Virus record (IMG/VR): IMGVR_UViG_3300027863_000011
Location: 1-34,255 of that record
DNA: 34,255 nt
From: a virus
Reading direction: 5' to 3' (one strand)
Positions 14,744 through 22,170 of this stretch are shown here, piece after piece. The translations under genes and the position numbers were made by a program. Position 1 is the first letter of the stretch. Every line of letters begins with the position of its first letter. The notes under the pieces are model-generated. The model was not told the DNA's origin. It was given only the letters and a program-made list of their open reading frames with translations, and searched no databases.

Positions 14744-15587
14744 TGGGTGGATTTCCTCCCGCTGGGAGGAGTGGAAACCTTCCACCGCCCGCTCGTACCT
14801 TTCCATCATGCGACGGGCGATGGCCGAGCTTGGCGATGTGCCACTGGAACAAGTCGGTCCCCACGACATACAAAGGTTCCTTGACGGGCTTCAAGTCTCC
14901 CCCAAGACAAAGAAGAACTACCGCCTCTTTTTGAGCAGCGCTTTCTCTGCGGCCTGCTCCCTCGGCCTTATAGACGAAAACCCCGTCCTGGACACCCGCC
15001 CGCCGAGAACCCATCGCAGGCCCCTGCACATCTTGAGCCCGGGGGAAGCCCGTTCTCTTCTGGAGGCGTTCCCGGACCCGCACGACCGGCAGCTGGTGGA
15101 GTTTGCCATGCTTACCGGCCTGCGCCGGGGGGAAATCTTCGCCCTTCAGTGGCGTGACCTCCAAGACGGTTCCGTGCACGTGGAGAGGACGCTCTCTGGG
15201 GGCCGGGAGGCCCTCCCCAAGGGCCGGAAGCGGCGGCGGGTGCCTCTCCCGGAGCATCTGTGGGTCGAGCTGGAGGCCCGCCGCGGGGAGCCGAACGAGC
15301 GGGTGTTCCCGGGGAACCCGGACACCTGGGTCAAACGGCGGTTCTCGCCCGCAGTTAGGCAGGCGGGCTTGGACGGGCTTCGGTTCCACGACCTTCGCCA
15401 CTTCTTCGCATCCTCCGCCATCCGGGCAGGGGTGGACATCCTGCGTCTCCAAACCTGGTTAGGCCACAGCTCTGCCCAGGTGACCCTCGACATCTACGGG
15501 CACCTCTTCCCCGCGGACGAGGCCTCCCTAATCGAGAGGTTGGCAAACGGATTACACCAAAATCACACCAGCGACCCCGGCAAATGA
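14553..15587 (+). CDS. int: Tyrosine recombinase (phage integrase)
   Basis: N-terminal arm-binding-like YKLGPGKYSAEKTYRGWRFHRRFRSREQAERA. Catalytic region LRRGEIFALQWRDL, FHDLRHFFASSAI and LGHSSAQVTLDIYGHLF. attP lies immediately downstream. Confidence 0.95.
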   Translation: MPVYKLGPGKYSAEKTYRGWRFHRRFRSREQAERAIRDFMNAVDAGIWGCPEIPDKTTLGVFLDGWISSRWEEWKPSTARSYLSIMRRAMAELGDVPLEQVGPHDIQRFLDGLQVSPKTKKNYRLFLSSAFSAACSLGLIDENPVLDTRPPRTHRRPLHILSPGEARSLLEAFPDPHDRQLVEFAMLTGLRRGEIFALQWRDLQDGSVHVERTLSGGREALPKGRKRRRVPLPEHLWVELEARRGEPNERVFPGNPDTWVKRRFSPAVRQAGLDGLRFHDLRHFFASSAIRAGVDILRLQTWLGHSSAQVTLDIYGHLFPADEASLIERLANGLHQNHTSDPGK

Positions 15588-15588
15588 T

Positions 15589-15629
15589 AAGCCCAGCTCG
15601 CCGGATTTGCCCTTTGAGCTGGGCTTTTA
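15589..15629 (+). terminator. Rho-independent terminator after int
   Basis: AAGCCCAGCTC (15589-15599) pairs with GAGCTGGGCTT (15616-15626) and is followed by TTAT, so the U-tract including the stem end is TTTTAT. Confidence 0.7.
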
Positions 15630-15631
15630 TC

Positions 15632-15686
15632 TGGTAGCGGGGGGTGGATTCGAACCACCGACCTTCGGGTTATGAGCCCGATGCGC
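15632..15686 (-). other. attP core: 3' portion of a tRNA-Met(CAU) gene (anticodon stem-loop, variable loop, T arm, acceptor 3' strand, CCA)
   Basis: The reverse complement reads TCGGG-CTCATAA-CCCGA-AGGTC-GGTGG-TTCGAAT-CCACC-CCCCGCT-A-CCA. The GGG/CCC anticodon stem is initiator-like. No D arm or 5' acceptor strand is present upstream, so it is a fragment, as expected for a phage that integrates into a tRNA gene. Confidence 0.8.
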
Positions 15687-15780
15687 GCTCTCCTCCCTTA
15701 TCGGGCTTGGCCTGCTATTTTGCTCTTTACGAGCGCTTTTACGCTTGGTGCCTAAACCAGGAATAACCATAAAATACTAT

Positions 15781-15813
15781 AAAATCACACCAAAATCACA
15801 CCAAAATCACACC
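15781..15813. repeat. Three tandem 11-bp repeats AAAATCACACC (candidate integrase arm-type sites); a fourth copy at 15559-15569
   Basis: Read directly: aaaatcacacc x3 at 15781-15813, with the same 11-mer at 15559-15569 on the other side of the tRNA core. All are in the same orientation. Confidence 0.7.
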
Positions 15814-15872
15814 AACCTCGTGTCGGGCTTGGGGGGCACCAGAGGTCCTTCTTCCTTAGTGAAGGGGCGGGG

Positions 15873-16916
15873 TTAAATCCGGGGTGAGGAGATTAGCTCC
15901 CCAAGTGAGGGGAAATCATTCAGGAGACGAATAGATTTCTGGGGCTTTGTGGGGCGTAGGAGGTCTTCCTTGATTTTCTCCACGCATTCCTCCAAGCTGT
16001 GCGCCAAGTAAGTGGAGAGCCAAGTCACCCACGGGTTGTCATAGCCGGGAGGGACATATACATAAGTAGGCTTACCCAGCATCTTGGCGAAGAACAGCTC
16101 ACTCACGGTTCCGGCGCGGACATCGTGTATTTGGGTGAGGTTCACGAGCAGGGCGTCCGACCGGAGGACCGCACTCAAATCCCGGCGGACCAGCTCTTTT
16201 ACGTCATCGGGTTCGTCCACGGTGGGGTCGATACAATAGAAAACCGGGCCAAGCAACCGCTTGGCCCGGTTTCTCCAGCCTTGCGCCTGTCTCGCGGTTA
16301 AGTTGAAAATCCCTCCCGAAAGATAGACCATGGCCTTCGCCCGGTTGGGGGAAGGGGGGAACCCGCAGTCCTCAAGGAGCCGCACGACCATCCGGCGGGC
16401 CTCGTCAATCGAGATCCCGTCGGTATGGAAACGAAAATCCCACCCCTCCCACGTATCCAGCGCGGTCTCGCTGCTGTGGTCTGCCGGGAGCGTCAACCCC
16501 GCGGCTTGGGCGCGCCGCCTCCGCTCGTCATCGGAAGCGTCAAGTCGTACAGTGACGAAGTCCCCCGCCTCCTGGAGCCGCATTATCTCGTTCGGGAAAC
16601 GGCAGTCGTCGATGGCTATGAGGGGACGCCCCGCCTTTTCCCAACGCCGGATGAGGTGGTTTATCCACACATCCGGGTCTATGCTCCTCGCCACCTCGGT
16701 TCCGAAGCGTTGTAGTATCCTGCGGTGTTTGGCTTTTTGTGCGGGGTCAAAAAAGTCGATGCCGAAGATTTCTCCAGCGTACCGCTTTACGGGTTCGGCG
16801 AAGGACCACCTCTCGAAATCGGGGTTTACTTCGCATACGAGTTCAGCCCAGGTCGTCTTTCCGGAGGCGGCTTTCCCCCCGAAGATGATACCGTCTGGCA
16901 AGGCCCCTCCTTCCAT
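15873..16916 (-). CDS. Fusion protein: dNMP kinase-like P-loop domain + nucleoside 2-deoxyribosyltransferase/dNMP N-hydrolase-like domain
   Basis: N-terminal half: FGGKAASGKTTWAELV, FAEPVKRYAGEIFG, RRILQRFGTEVARSIDPDVWINHL, IDDCRFPNEI (phage dNMP kinase pattern). C-terminal half (aa ~195-315): MVYLSGGIF...W...DL..VLRSDALLVNL...GTVSELFFAKMLGKPTYVYV (Nuc_deoxyrib_tr-like pattern with the conserved Glu). Confidence 0.7.
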   Translation of the reverse strand: MEGGALPDGIIFGGKAASGKTTWAELVCEVNPDFERWSFAEPVKRYAGEIFGIDFFDPAQKAKHRRILQRFGTEVARSIDPDVWINHLIRRWEKAGRPLIAIDDCRFPNEIMRLQEAGDFVTVRLDASDDERRRRAQAAGLTLPADHSSETALDTWEGWDFRFHTDGISIDEARRMVVRLLEDCGFPPSPNRAKAMVYLSGGIFNLTARQAQGWRNRAKRLLGPVFYCIDPTVDEPDDVKELVRRDLSAVLRSDALLVNLTQIHDVRAGTVSELFFAKMLGKPTYVYVPPGYDNPWVTWLSTYLAHSLEECVEKIKEDLLRPTKPQKSIRLLNDFPSLGELISSPRI

Positions 16917-16919
16917 TCG

Positions 16920-17081
16920 TCACTCCCCGGGAGAGGGGAACAGGTACCCTATGGCTGCCCCGACCGCCAGCGTTATGATGGGCAGGCCGACGTCCGCCGG
17001 GACCCTCCCGGCCACCATCAAGACCACTACGGCTACCAAGCAGAGTAGCGTCAAGACAAAAGCCGCCAGCGTCTTGTCCAT
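16920..17081 (-). CDS. Small membrane protein (53 aa, two TM helices), not in the ORF track
   Basis: MDKTLAAFVLTLLCLVAVVVLMVAGRVPADVGLPIITLAVGAAIGYLFPSPGE. GGAGG lies 9 nt upstream of the ATG at 17081 (an in-frame ATG at 17087 is also possible). It fills the gap between two coupled genes. Confidence 0.55.
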   Translation of the reverse strand: MDKTLAAFVLTLLCLVAVVVLMVAGRVPADVGLPIITLAVGAAIGYLFPSPGE

Positions 17082-17105
17082 CGACATTCACCTCCTTTCT
17101 CCGGG

Positions 17106-18206
17106 TCAGTAATCCTGCGTTCGCACGATGTACCACGTCATCCAGTGGGTGGTGATTTTTGCCAGGCCACGCTCATCGGGCGTCAGCTCTATGAGCAGGC
17201 CGCAGATGTCGGGCCACAGGCCCTTCCGCCTCAAATAAGGGGTTTGGGCCTGGAATGCCCCGATGGAGAACATCTCCACGTTCCGGCACATGGGCACGTG
17301 GCAGGGCACATGCCAATGCCCCACCAGACCGACGTGCGGCTTTCTTTCCGGCGGGTACCCTTCCGCTATCTTCTGGAGGCGGTAACTGCGCGCGTACGCC
17401 TGGCCGCCGTCGGCGTGCATCATGTGCACGAGAATGGCCCCCATTTGGAGATACGCCCCGAAGTCTCCCAGGTATTTTATGTCTTCCCTTTCGCACGCCA
17501 CGGCCTCCACTATGTTCGCCCCTCCCCCCTTCACAAAGGAGTAATCGTGATTTCCGGCGATTACGAGGGTTTCCACCCCAGGCTCGTATGGGTAGTTCTC
17601 CACTACCGCCTTTTTCTGGGCATCGAAGCCGTGGGCGTAAACCTCGTATTGCTGGCCTTTGTAGACGTCGATGCCGTCTACCAGGTCTCCGCAATGGAGC
17701 ACGAGGCTTATGCGATGCTCGGAGCAATATTTGTAAAACTCCCGCAAAGCTGTCAGTTGCTGGTAAATGCTCCCAAAGTGCGTGCAGGCCACCACGCCGA
17801 GCCTTATCGGCTTTCCTTTCACGAAGCGGTCGATGCAAACCTCCGTATCTGTCCGCGTCGGCTCCTCTACCACGACCTTCTTTCCCCGCCTGGATAGTTC
17901 TTCCAGTAAGACGATGTCATCCAGCGCGCTCAAGGTGATGTCCTGTGCTTTGTTCCTGGTTGGCCCCCCGGGCTTTCGCGTACGGCGGAGGTAGTATTCG
18001 ACTTGGCGACGGCACCGGGGGCCACAGTATGCCTTGTGGGGATGGACGGGGTCAAACGGGAAGGTGTTTTGGCAGAGGCCGTACTTCGACGCTTGGCATG
18101 GGATGGGGGTTCCTGCGGGGATGGCGGTCTCCTCCTCCTTTTCCTCCTGGTTCTCCTTGACCCCGGATTCGGGCGGGGTGTAATCCCACCAGGATTCGCT
18201 TTCCAT
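17106..18206 (-). CDS. Calcineurin-like metallophosphoesterase with N-terminal Cys-rich (zinc-ribbon-like) region
   Basis: LHCGDLVDG (motif II), VIAGNHDYS (GNHD), VHMMHADGG and LVGHWHVPCH (GH-x-H). N-terminal CQASKYGLCQ...AYCGPRCRRQ. GGAGGTGAAA precedes the ATG at 18206 (the track starts at GTG 18212). Confidence 0.8.
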   Translation of the reverse strand: MESESWWDYTPPESGVKENQEEKEEETAIPAGTPIPCQASKYGLCQNTFPFDPVHPHKAYCGPRCRRQVEYYLRRTRKPGGPTRNKAQDITLSALDDIVLLEELSRRGKKVVVEEPTRTDTEVCIDRFVKGKPIRLGVVACTHFGSIYQQLTALREFYKYCSEHRISLVLHCGDLVDGIDVYKGQQYEVYAHGFDAQKKAVVENYPYEPGVETLVIAGNHDYSFVKGGGANIVEAVACEREDIKYLGDFGAYLQMGAILVHMMHADGGQAYARSYRLQKIAEGYPPERKPHVGLVGHWHVPCHVPMCRNVEMFSIGAFQAQTPYLRRKGLWPDICGLLIELTPDERGLAKITTHWMTWYIVRTQDY

Positions 18207-18234
18207 TTTCACCTCCCGTGTTTCAGGGAACTGA

Positions 18235-18549
18235 TTACTGGAGAAGGGCGGGGCGCACCAAAAGCGTGCCGGTGCACACCGTATGGGTATCCCCCACTTC
18301 CGAGGTTACTTCAGCCTCATGGTTGTATTTTCCAGGTGTGAGAGTAGAGGTCTGCGTGTGAGACAGGCGGAAGTACATCTTGTTGGCATTTATGCTGTGG
18401 TGGCTGACGACAAGGACAGGGTCGCCTCCCTGGATGGGGGCGCATCCCCACCGCCCGGCGTAGCCGGTGAGGTCTGATAGGTCTTCCACGGTGACCTCTA
18501 TCTCCACATCGTCACCGACCACGATTTCCATATTCTGGTTTCTTTTCAT
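18235..18549 (-). CDS. Hypothetical protein (104 aa), beta-rich, possibly virion-associated
   Basis: GGGAGGAGACAAA precedes the ATG at 18549, with an ATGA start/stop overlap with the upstream ORF. MKRNQNMEIVVGDDVEIEVTVEDLSDL... reads like a small Ig-like/beta-sandwich protein. Confidence 0.5.
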   Translation of the reverse strand: MKRNQNMEIVVGDDVEIEVTVEDLSDLTGYAGRWGCAPIQGGDPVLVVSHHSINANKMYFRLSHTQTSTLTPGKYNHEAEVTSEVGDTHTVCTGTLLVRPALLQ

Positions 18550-18776
18550 TTTGTCTCCTCCCAAGTTCCCGAGAGCTTCAAGACGGCGGAGCCCCAGAGG
18601 GAGATGGTGGGCGTCGCCGTGCCTTGTATGCGTTGTTTAACCCAGGGCCCGCCCTTGCGTAGCTTCCTCAATGTGGGGATTTCGAAGAAGTCGGTAAAAC
18701 TTACCAGCCGCTTGAAGAACTTGTGCAGGCCCCGGAAGTAGAGAACCTGTTTAGTGGCAAGGTGTTGCTTGAGCAT
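18546..18776 (-). CDS. Hypothetical basic protein (76 aa)
   Basis: The ATG at 18776 abuts the TAA of the upstream beta-helix gene, and its stop overlaps the next ATG. Coding status is inferred mainly from the tight packing. Confidence 0.4.
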   Translation of the reverse strand: MLKQHLATKQVLYFRGLHKFFKRLVSFTDFFEIPTLRKLRKGGPWVKQRIQGTATPTISLWGSAVLKLSGTWEETK

Positions 18777-20342
18777 TTAGACCACCGCGAAATCGCCGAA
18801 CCAAGCCTCCCCGCCGCCGCTCGCCAGGAAGAGCATAGCTTGGCAATCGGAGGCGGGGGTCACGGAAAGGGTCAACTGTTCCCACTCGCCGCTGGCGGTG
18901 GCGGTGGCATAAACCGGGGAGAACTCGCCTCCATCGGAAACCAGGCGGATGTTTGGTGCGGGCTGGGTGCTGGTATTTCGATACACCCAGACCGATATGG
19001 TGTTCTGGACGCCGCCTACCAAGCTCACCCGGACGCTCTCCTCGCACCCGGCGGGCAGGTGCACGGAAGGCGGGGTGGAGTGGTAGGTCTCGTAATCCGC
19101 CTCGGCAAGCCCGCCGAATTCCACGGCCCCCATGTCCACGGTCCCGCCCAGGATGCGGCTGAAGCCGAAGAAATCTGCGACCCCCTCCGCGTCGTTGTTG
19201 TTTCCCTGGTTTATGGGCAAGTTGGTCAGGCCCGGGTCGCTTGCGGGGGGAGAATCAGGCCGTGCCGCGGTGGGCAGATAGACCAGCCGGGTTATTTCCC
19301 CCAGTAGGGAGAAGAAGTCGGGGAGGAATACCGGGAAGCCGACTTCCTGAGGCGGGCATTGCGGGGAAGAGCCACTTCCAAGGGCATATCTGCAGTATGC
19401 GTATAAATAGCGGCTGGCCGCGGAATGGTTTATCTGGATGTAGGAAGAGGAGGAGATGAGGTTGTAACACCCAATCCCTATGCAGTGGCGGATGTTGTTC
19501 GCATTCGGGTAGTGGTCATAAAAAGTGTCGAAGTAAAACCCGTTCATGCACAGGAAAGCGAGGAGATTCACCGCCTTGAACCCGGCGGTGGTGGAAGAAT
19601 TGTCAAAGAACTTGAAGCCGTTATAGCAGTAAAAAGAGCTGCAATTGGCTATGGTTATGTTAGTGGGTGGGTTTGTGGATATCCAGAACCCGACTTGGCA
19701 TCCGATGGCGATGGAATTCACGATTTCTACGTTCGAGCCGATAACGCGAAACCCCCCTTCTGACGTATAATTCCCAGTCGCGACCGCAATACATCGGTCA
19801 AACCTGGCGGAAATGGATATATATATGTATCTCCCCCCGGCGAAGAACCCGCGACAAACATTTACGTATTGCGCATAGACCAGAGTCTCCGCGGCAACGT
19901 AACCCAAAAAAGAGACGCCGTATAGATTTGACCTGTCGGGATTGTAGCCGGAGAGCTGGGCGAGGGCGGCATTTGGGTACCCATCCACCAGCAGCTGGTG
20001 GAATCCCCCGTCGGACCTGCCTATGGTCACTCTTTTGAAGTTCAGGTCGAAAATGTAAGCGGGCAACGAACCGGAAGGCTTCCGGTCATAGGCGGTCATA
20101 TTGGTCAGGCGCACAATCCCCGGCTTGTCCCCGACGACCCACCGTGCTTCCGGGTCTGGAATCCAGGTCACCGAGTTGGTGCGGAAAGTTATAGTCTCGC
20201 GATAGACGCCGGGCCCGATATATACGGTATCCCCCGGGGCAACCGTGGAGTTCGCCTTTGCCCAGGTCGCCCACGGGCTTTGTGGGGAGGTTCCGGGGTT
20301 GCTATCGTTCCCTCTCTGGGCGGAGACGTAAAAAACAGCCAT
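18777..20342 (-). CDS. Right-handed parallel beta-helix (pectate-lyase fold) protein: putative tailspike / polysaccharide depolymerase with C-terminal binding module
   Basis: N-terminus FYVSAQRGNDSNPGTSPQSPWATWAKANSTVAPGDTVYIGPGVYRE is the classic beta-helix cap motif. Repetitive N/G/I/V-rich coils follow, then VDMGAVEF near the helix end and a ~110-aa beta-rich C-terminal domain. GAGGTGA precedes the ATG at 20342. Confidence 0.75.
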   Translation of the reverse strand: MAVFYVSAQRGNDSNPGTSPQSPWATWAKANSTVAPGDTVYIGPGVYRETITFRTNSVTWIPDPEARWVVGDKPGIVRLTNMTAYDRKPSGSLPAYIFDLNFKRVTIGRSDGGFHQLLVDGYPNAALAQLSGYNPDRSNLYGVSFLGYVAAETLVYAQYVNVCRGFFAGGRYIYISISARFDRCIAVATGNYTSEGGFRVIGSNVEIVNSIAIGCQVGFWISTNPPTNITIANCSSFYCYNGFKFFDNSSTTAGFKAVNLLAFLCMNGFYFDTFYDHYPNANNIRHCIGIGCYNLISSSSYIQINHSAASRYLYAYCRYALGSGSSPQCPPQEVGFPVFLPDFFSLLGEITRLVYLPTAARPDSPPASDPGLTNLPINQGNNNDAEGVADFFGFSRILGGTVDMGAVEFGGLAEADYETYHSTPPSVHLPAGCEESVRVSLVGGVQNTISVWVYRNTSTQPAPNIRLVSDGGEFSPVYATATASGEWEQLTLSVTPASDCQAMLFLASGGGEAWFGDFAVV

Positions 20343-20344
20343 AT

Positions 20345-20629
20345 CTACTCACCTCTTCTGCGCGAGCCCCCCACCCGAAGAACCGCCTCGAAAGAAGTGC
20401 CGTATTTTTCCACCACTATCTCTTCAGACATCTGCTCCAGCCCTACACGCTTCCCACGTTCGAGGATTTCCCGGTAAATGGGCGTTCTCCGGACCTGCTT
20501 ATTGCGGGCGCGGGAACGCTCCACCCAGCATTTGATGGGCATTTCCGGGGTGCTGATGTCGTATATCCTGATTTGTTCAGCGTCTGGGGCGGTCGCTATC
20601 TCTTCCCGGACCAGTTCCAGCTCATCCAT
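20345..20629 (-). CDS. Hypothetical protein (94 aa)
   Basis: AAGGAGGTAGGAA precedes the ATG at 20629. No recognisable motif. Confidence 0.5.
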   Translation of the reverse strand: MDELELVREEIATAPDAEQIRIYDISTPEMPIKCWVERSRARNKQVRRTPIYREILERGKRVGLEQMSEEIVVEKYGTSFEAVLRVGGSRRRGE

Positions 20630-20641
20630 TTCCTACCTCCT

Positions 20642-21019
20642 TTAGAGCTTGGGCACGACACGGTAATTAATCATGAGGGCGACGCTATCGTCGTCTTGGG
20701 GGGCTTCCTCGTCTTCCGTAGCCCGCGCCCGGACCCAGAAATATTTACCCTCTTCTGGTAAAGTGCCCCCCAGGAGGAGGGCGGCTCCCCACTCCTGCCA
20801 GGGCCCGGGGTTGCCGTTTATGTCTTCCGCGAATGCCCAGTGGTCAAAGGTGGTACCCTGCAAGGACAAGACGACGTCCGCAACCTGGTATTCCGAGCTC
20901 ACCCCCAGGAGGAGCAGCCTGGTCCTCTTCTCCTCCCGGTAGTCCACTCGGAGCATAAACTCTATGAGCCCCACTTCCTGTGCCTGTTCGTCCCGAACGG
21001 ATAGATAGCCAGAGCCCAC
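20642..21019 (-). CDS. Hypothetical protein (125 aa)
   Basis: GAGGAGG plus 5 nt precedes the GTG at 21019, just after the endolysin stop (21030). The longer ORF to 21163 overlaps the endolysin and looks spurious. Confidence 0.5.
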   Translation of the reverse strand: MGSGYLSVRDEQAQEVGLIEFMLRVDYREEKRTRLLLLGVSSEYQVADVVLSLQGTTFDHWAFAEDINGNPGPWQEWGAALLLGGTLPEEGKYFWVRARATEDEEAPQDDDSVALMINYRVVPKL

Positions 21020-21029
21020 TTTTTCCTCC

Positions 21030-21878
21030 TCAAGCCAACACCCCGCCGTGCAGGGGAACCGGGGAATGCACGGTAACCCAGGCGGCTCCTGGCAGAGTTG
21101 GGAACAGCTGGCGGACATAGGTGAGGAGGCCATGCACCTGGTCCCGGTTTCCATAGCCGCCAATCCTGGTCTTGGTGTACATCAGTTCGCCGACTATCGG
21201 CTTTGCGTACACCGCCACCTCCACATCATGCGCCGGAACATCGGCGTCCAAAGCGATTAGGTCTTCAGGCTTTAAGGGCAGGCAGAACTCGTACACCAGG
21301 TTGTTTCCTTCCTTCCGGTCGAATTCCAATCGCACCGTTTCCACCTCCTTTTTCGTTGTCGGGGGCAAAGTCGCCGGTCTGCTCAAAGCCTGCCGCAGCC
21401 TCTCAAGGCTGAACCGCCCCGGGCAGCTGGTAGGCTGTAGCTGGTCATGCCTGTAGATGCGGGAGACTGGGATGCCATATCTTTCCATGTAATGCCGGAC
21501 TTCTATCTCCAGGGAGCGGTATTGCGCCTCCGTGGGCCAGCCGGTGGGCTGGAGGCCGCCGGAGAGGCATATGCCGAAGGTGTGGTCGTTGTGCCCCAAG
21601 CAATGCGTCCCGATTACGTCGTCGGTGCGGCCCACCTCCACAGAGCCGTCCATCCGGATGAGCTTGTGATACCCCATGTAGGGATATGGCCCCGAACCAC
21701 GGGGCTGAAAGCCGCGGTTCCGGTGCCACTCATTGACCTCCGCGGCGGAGCAGTCCCAGTCGCAGTAAGCGTAATGGACGACTATCCCGTCGGGCTTTCG
21801 GGGCCAGTGGATGATTGTCGCTGTATGCATTTCGGCGACCCGTAACCCGGAATAGAAGTTATTGTCGAATATCTTCAT
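21030..21878 (-). CDS. Endolysin: N-acetylmuramoyl-L-alanine amidase (Amidase_2/PGRP, T7-lysozyme-like) with C-terminal domain of unknown function
   Basis: IVVHYAY...EVNEWHRNRGF...MGYHKLIRMDGSVEVGR...THCLGHNDHTFGICLSG...IYRHDQLQPTSCPG. AGGAGG precedes the ATG at 21878. Confidence 0.88.
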   Translation of the reverse strand: MKIFDNNFYSGLRVAEMHTATIIHWPRKPDGIVVHYAYCDWDCSAAEVNEWHRNRGFQPRGSGPYPYMGYHKLIRMDGSVEVGRTDDVIGTHCLGHNDHTFGICLSGGLQPTGWPTEAQYRSLEIEVRHYMERYGIPVSRIYRHDQLQPTSCPGRFSLERLRQALSRPATLPPTTKKEVETVRLEFDRKEGNNLVYEFCLPLKPEDLIALDADVPAHDVEVAVYAKPIVGELMYTKTRIGGYGNRDQVHGLLTYVRQLFPTLPGAAWVTVHSPVPLHGGVLA

Positions 21879-21897
21879 CTTCCAAACCTCCTGGGTT

Positions 21898-22170
21898 TTA
21901 TCTGCGTTGGACCCGCAGTAGGTTGCCGTGCACTATCCACTTACGGGGCGGGTTTACGGCTTTGGGCGACCAGACCGTGAGCAGAACCGCGCACTGTGGG
22001 CCGAGCACGCAATTGGGCGCGTCGGGGCATTCGAAACAATGGCGGTCATAGAGGTCTCGGATTGCCTTGGAGACAGTTTTTTCCAGAATGCGCCATTCAT
22101 AATCTTCCAGTGTTTCGCCGGGCAAGGGGGGCACGAAGAACGGCTCCGGGAAGATGTCATTGTTTTCCAC
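21898..22170 (-). CDS. Hypothetical protein (90 aa)
   Basis: GTG start overlapping the upstream stop. No TM segment and no recognised motif. Confidence 0.4.
   Translation of the reverse strand: MENNDIFPEPFFVPPLPGETLEDYEWRILEKTVSKAIRDLYDRHCFECPDAPNCVLGPQCAVLLTVWSPKAVNPPRKWIVHGNLLRVQRR

Noticed and set aside
14442-15452. Long antisense 'shadow' ORFs: 14442..15452 minus (336 aa), 16330..17112 plus (260 aa), 17145..17897 plus, 26354..27139 plus, 27370..28230 plus, and many others.
   Set aside because: They overlap well-supported genes on the other strand, are Arg/Pro/Gly-rich as expected for stop-poor frames in GC-rich DNA, and lack SD sequences and any recognisable motif.
15632-15720. A complete tRNA-Met gene.
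   Set aside because: Only the portion from the anticodon stem to CCA is tRNA-like. The sequence where the D arm and 5' acceptor strand should be (…AAGGGAGGAGAGCGCGCA) cannot pair with the 3' acceptor strand. It is an attP fragment, not a functional gene.
20642-21163. Full-length 173-aa ORF overlapping the 3' end of the endolysin gene.
   Set aside because: The first 48 codons overlap the endolysin and read as low-complexity sequence. A GTG with a strong SD at 21019, just after the endolysin stop, gives a cleanly packed 125-aa gene instead.
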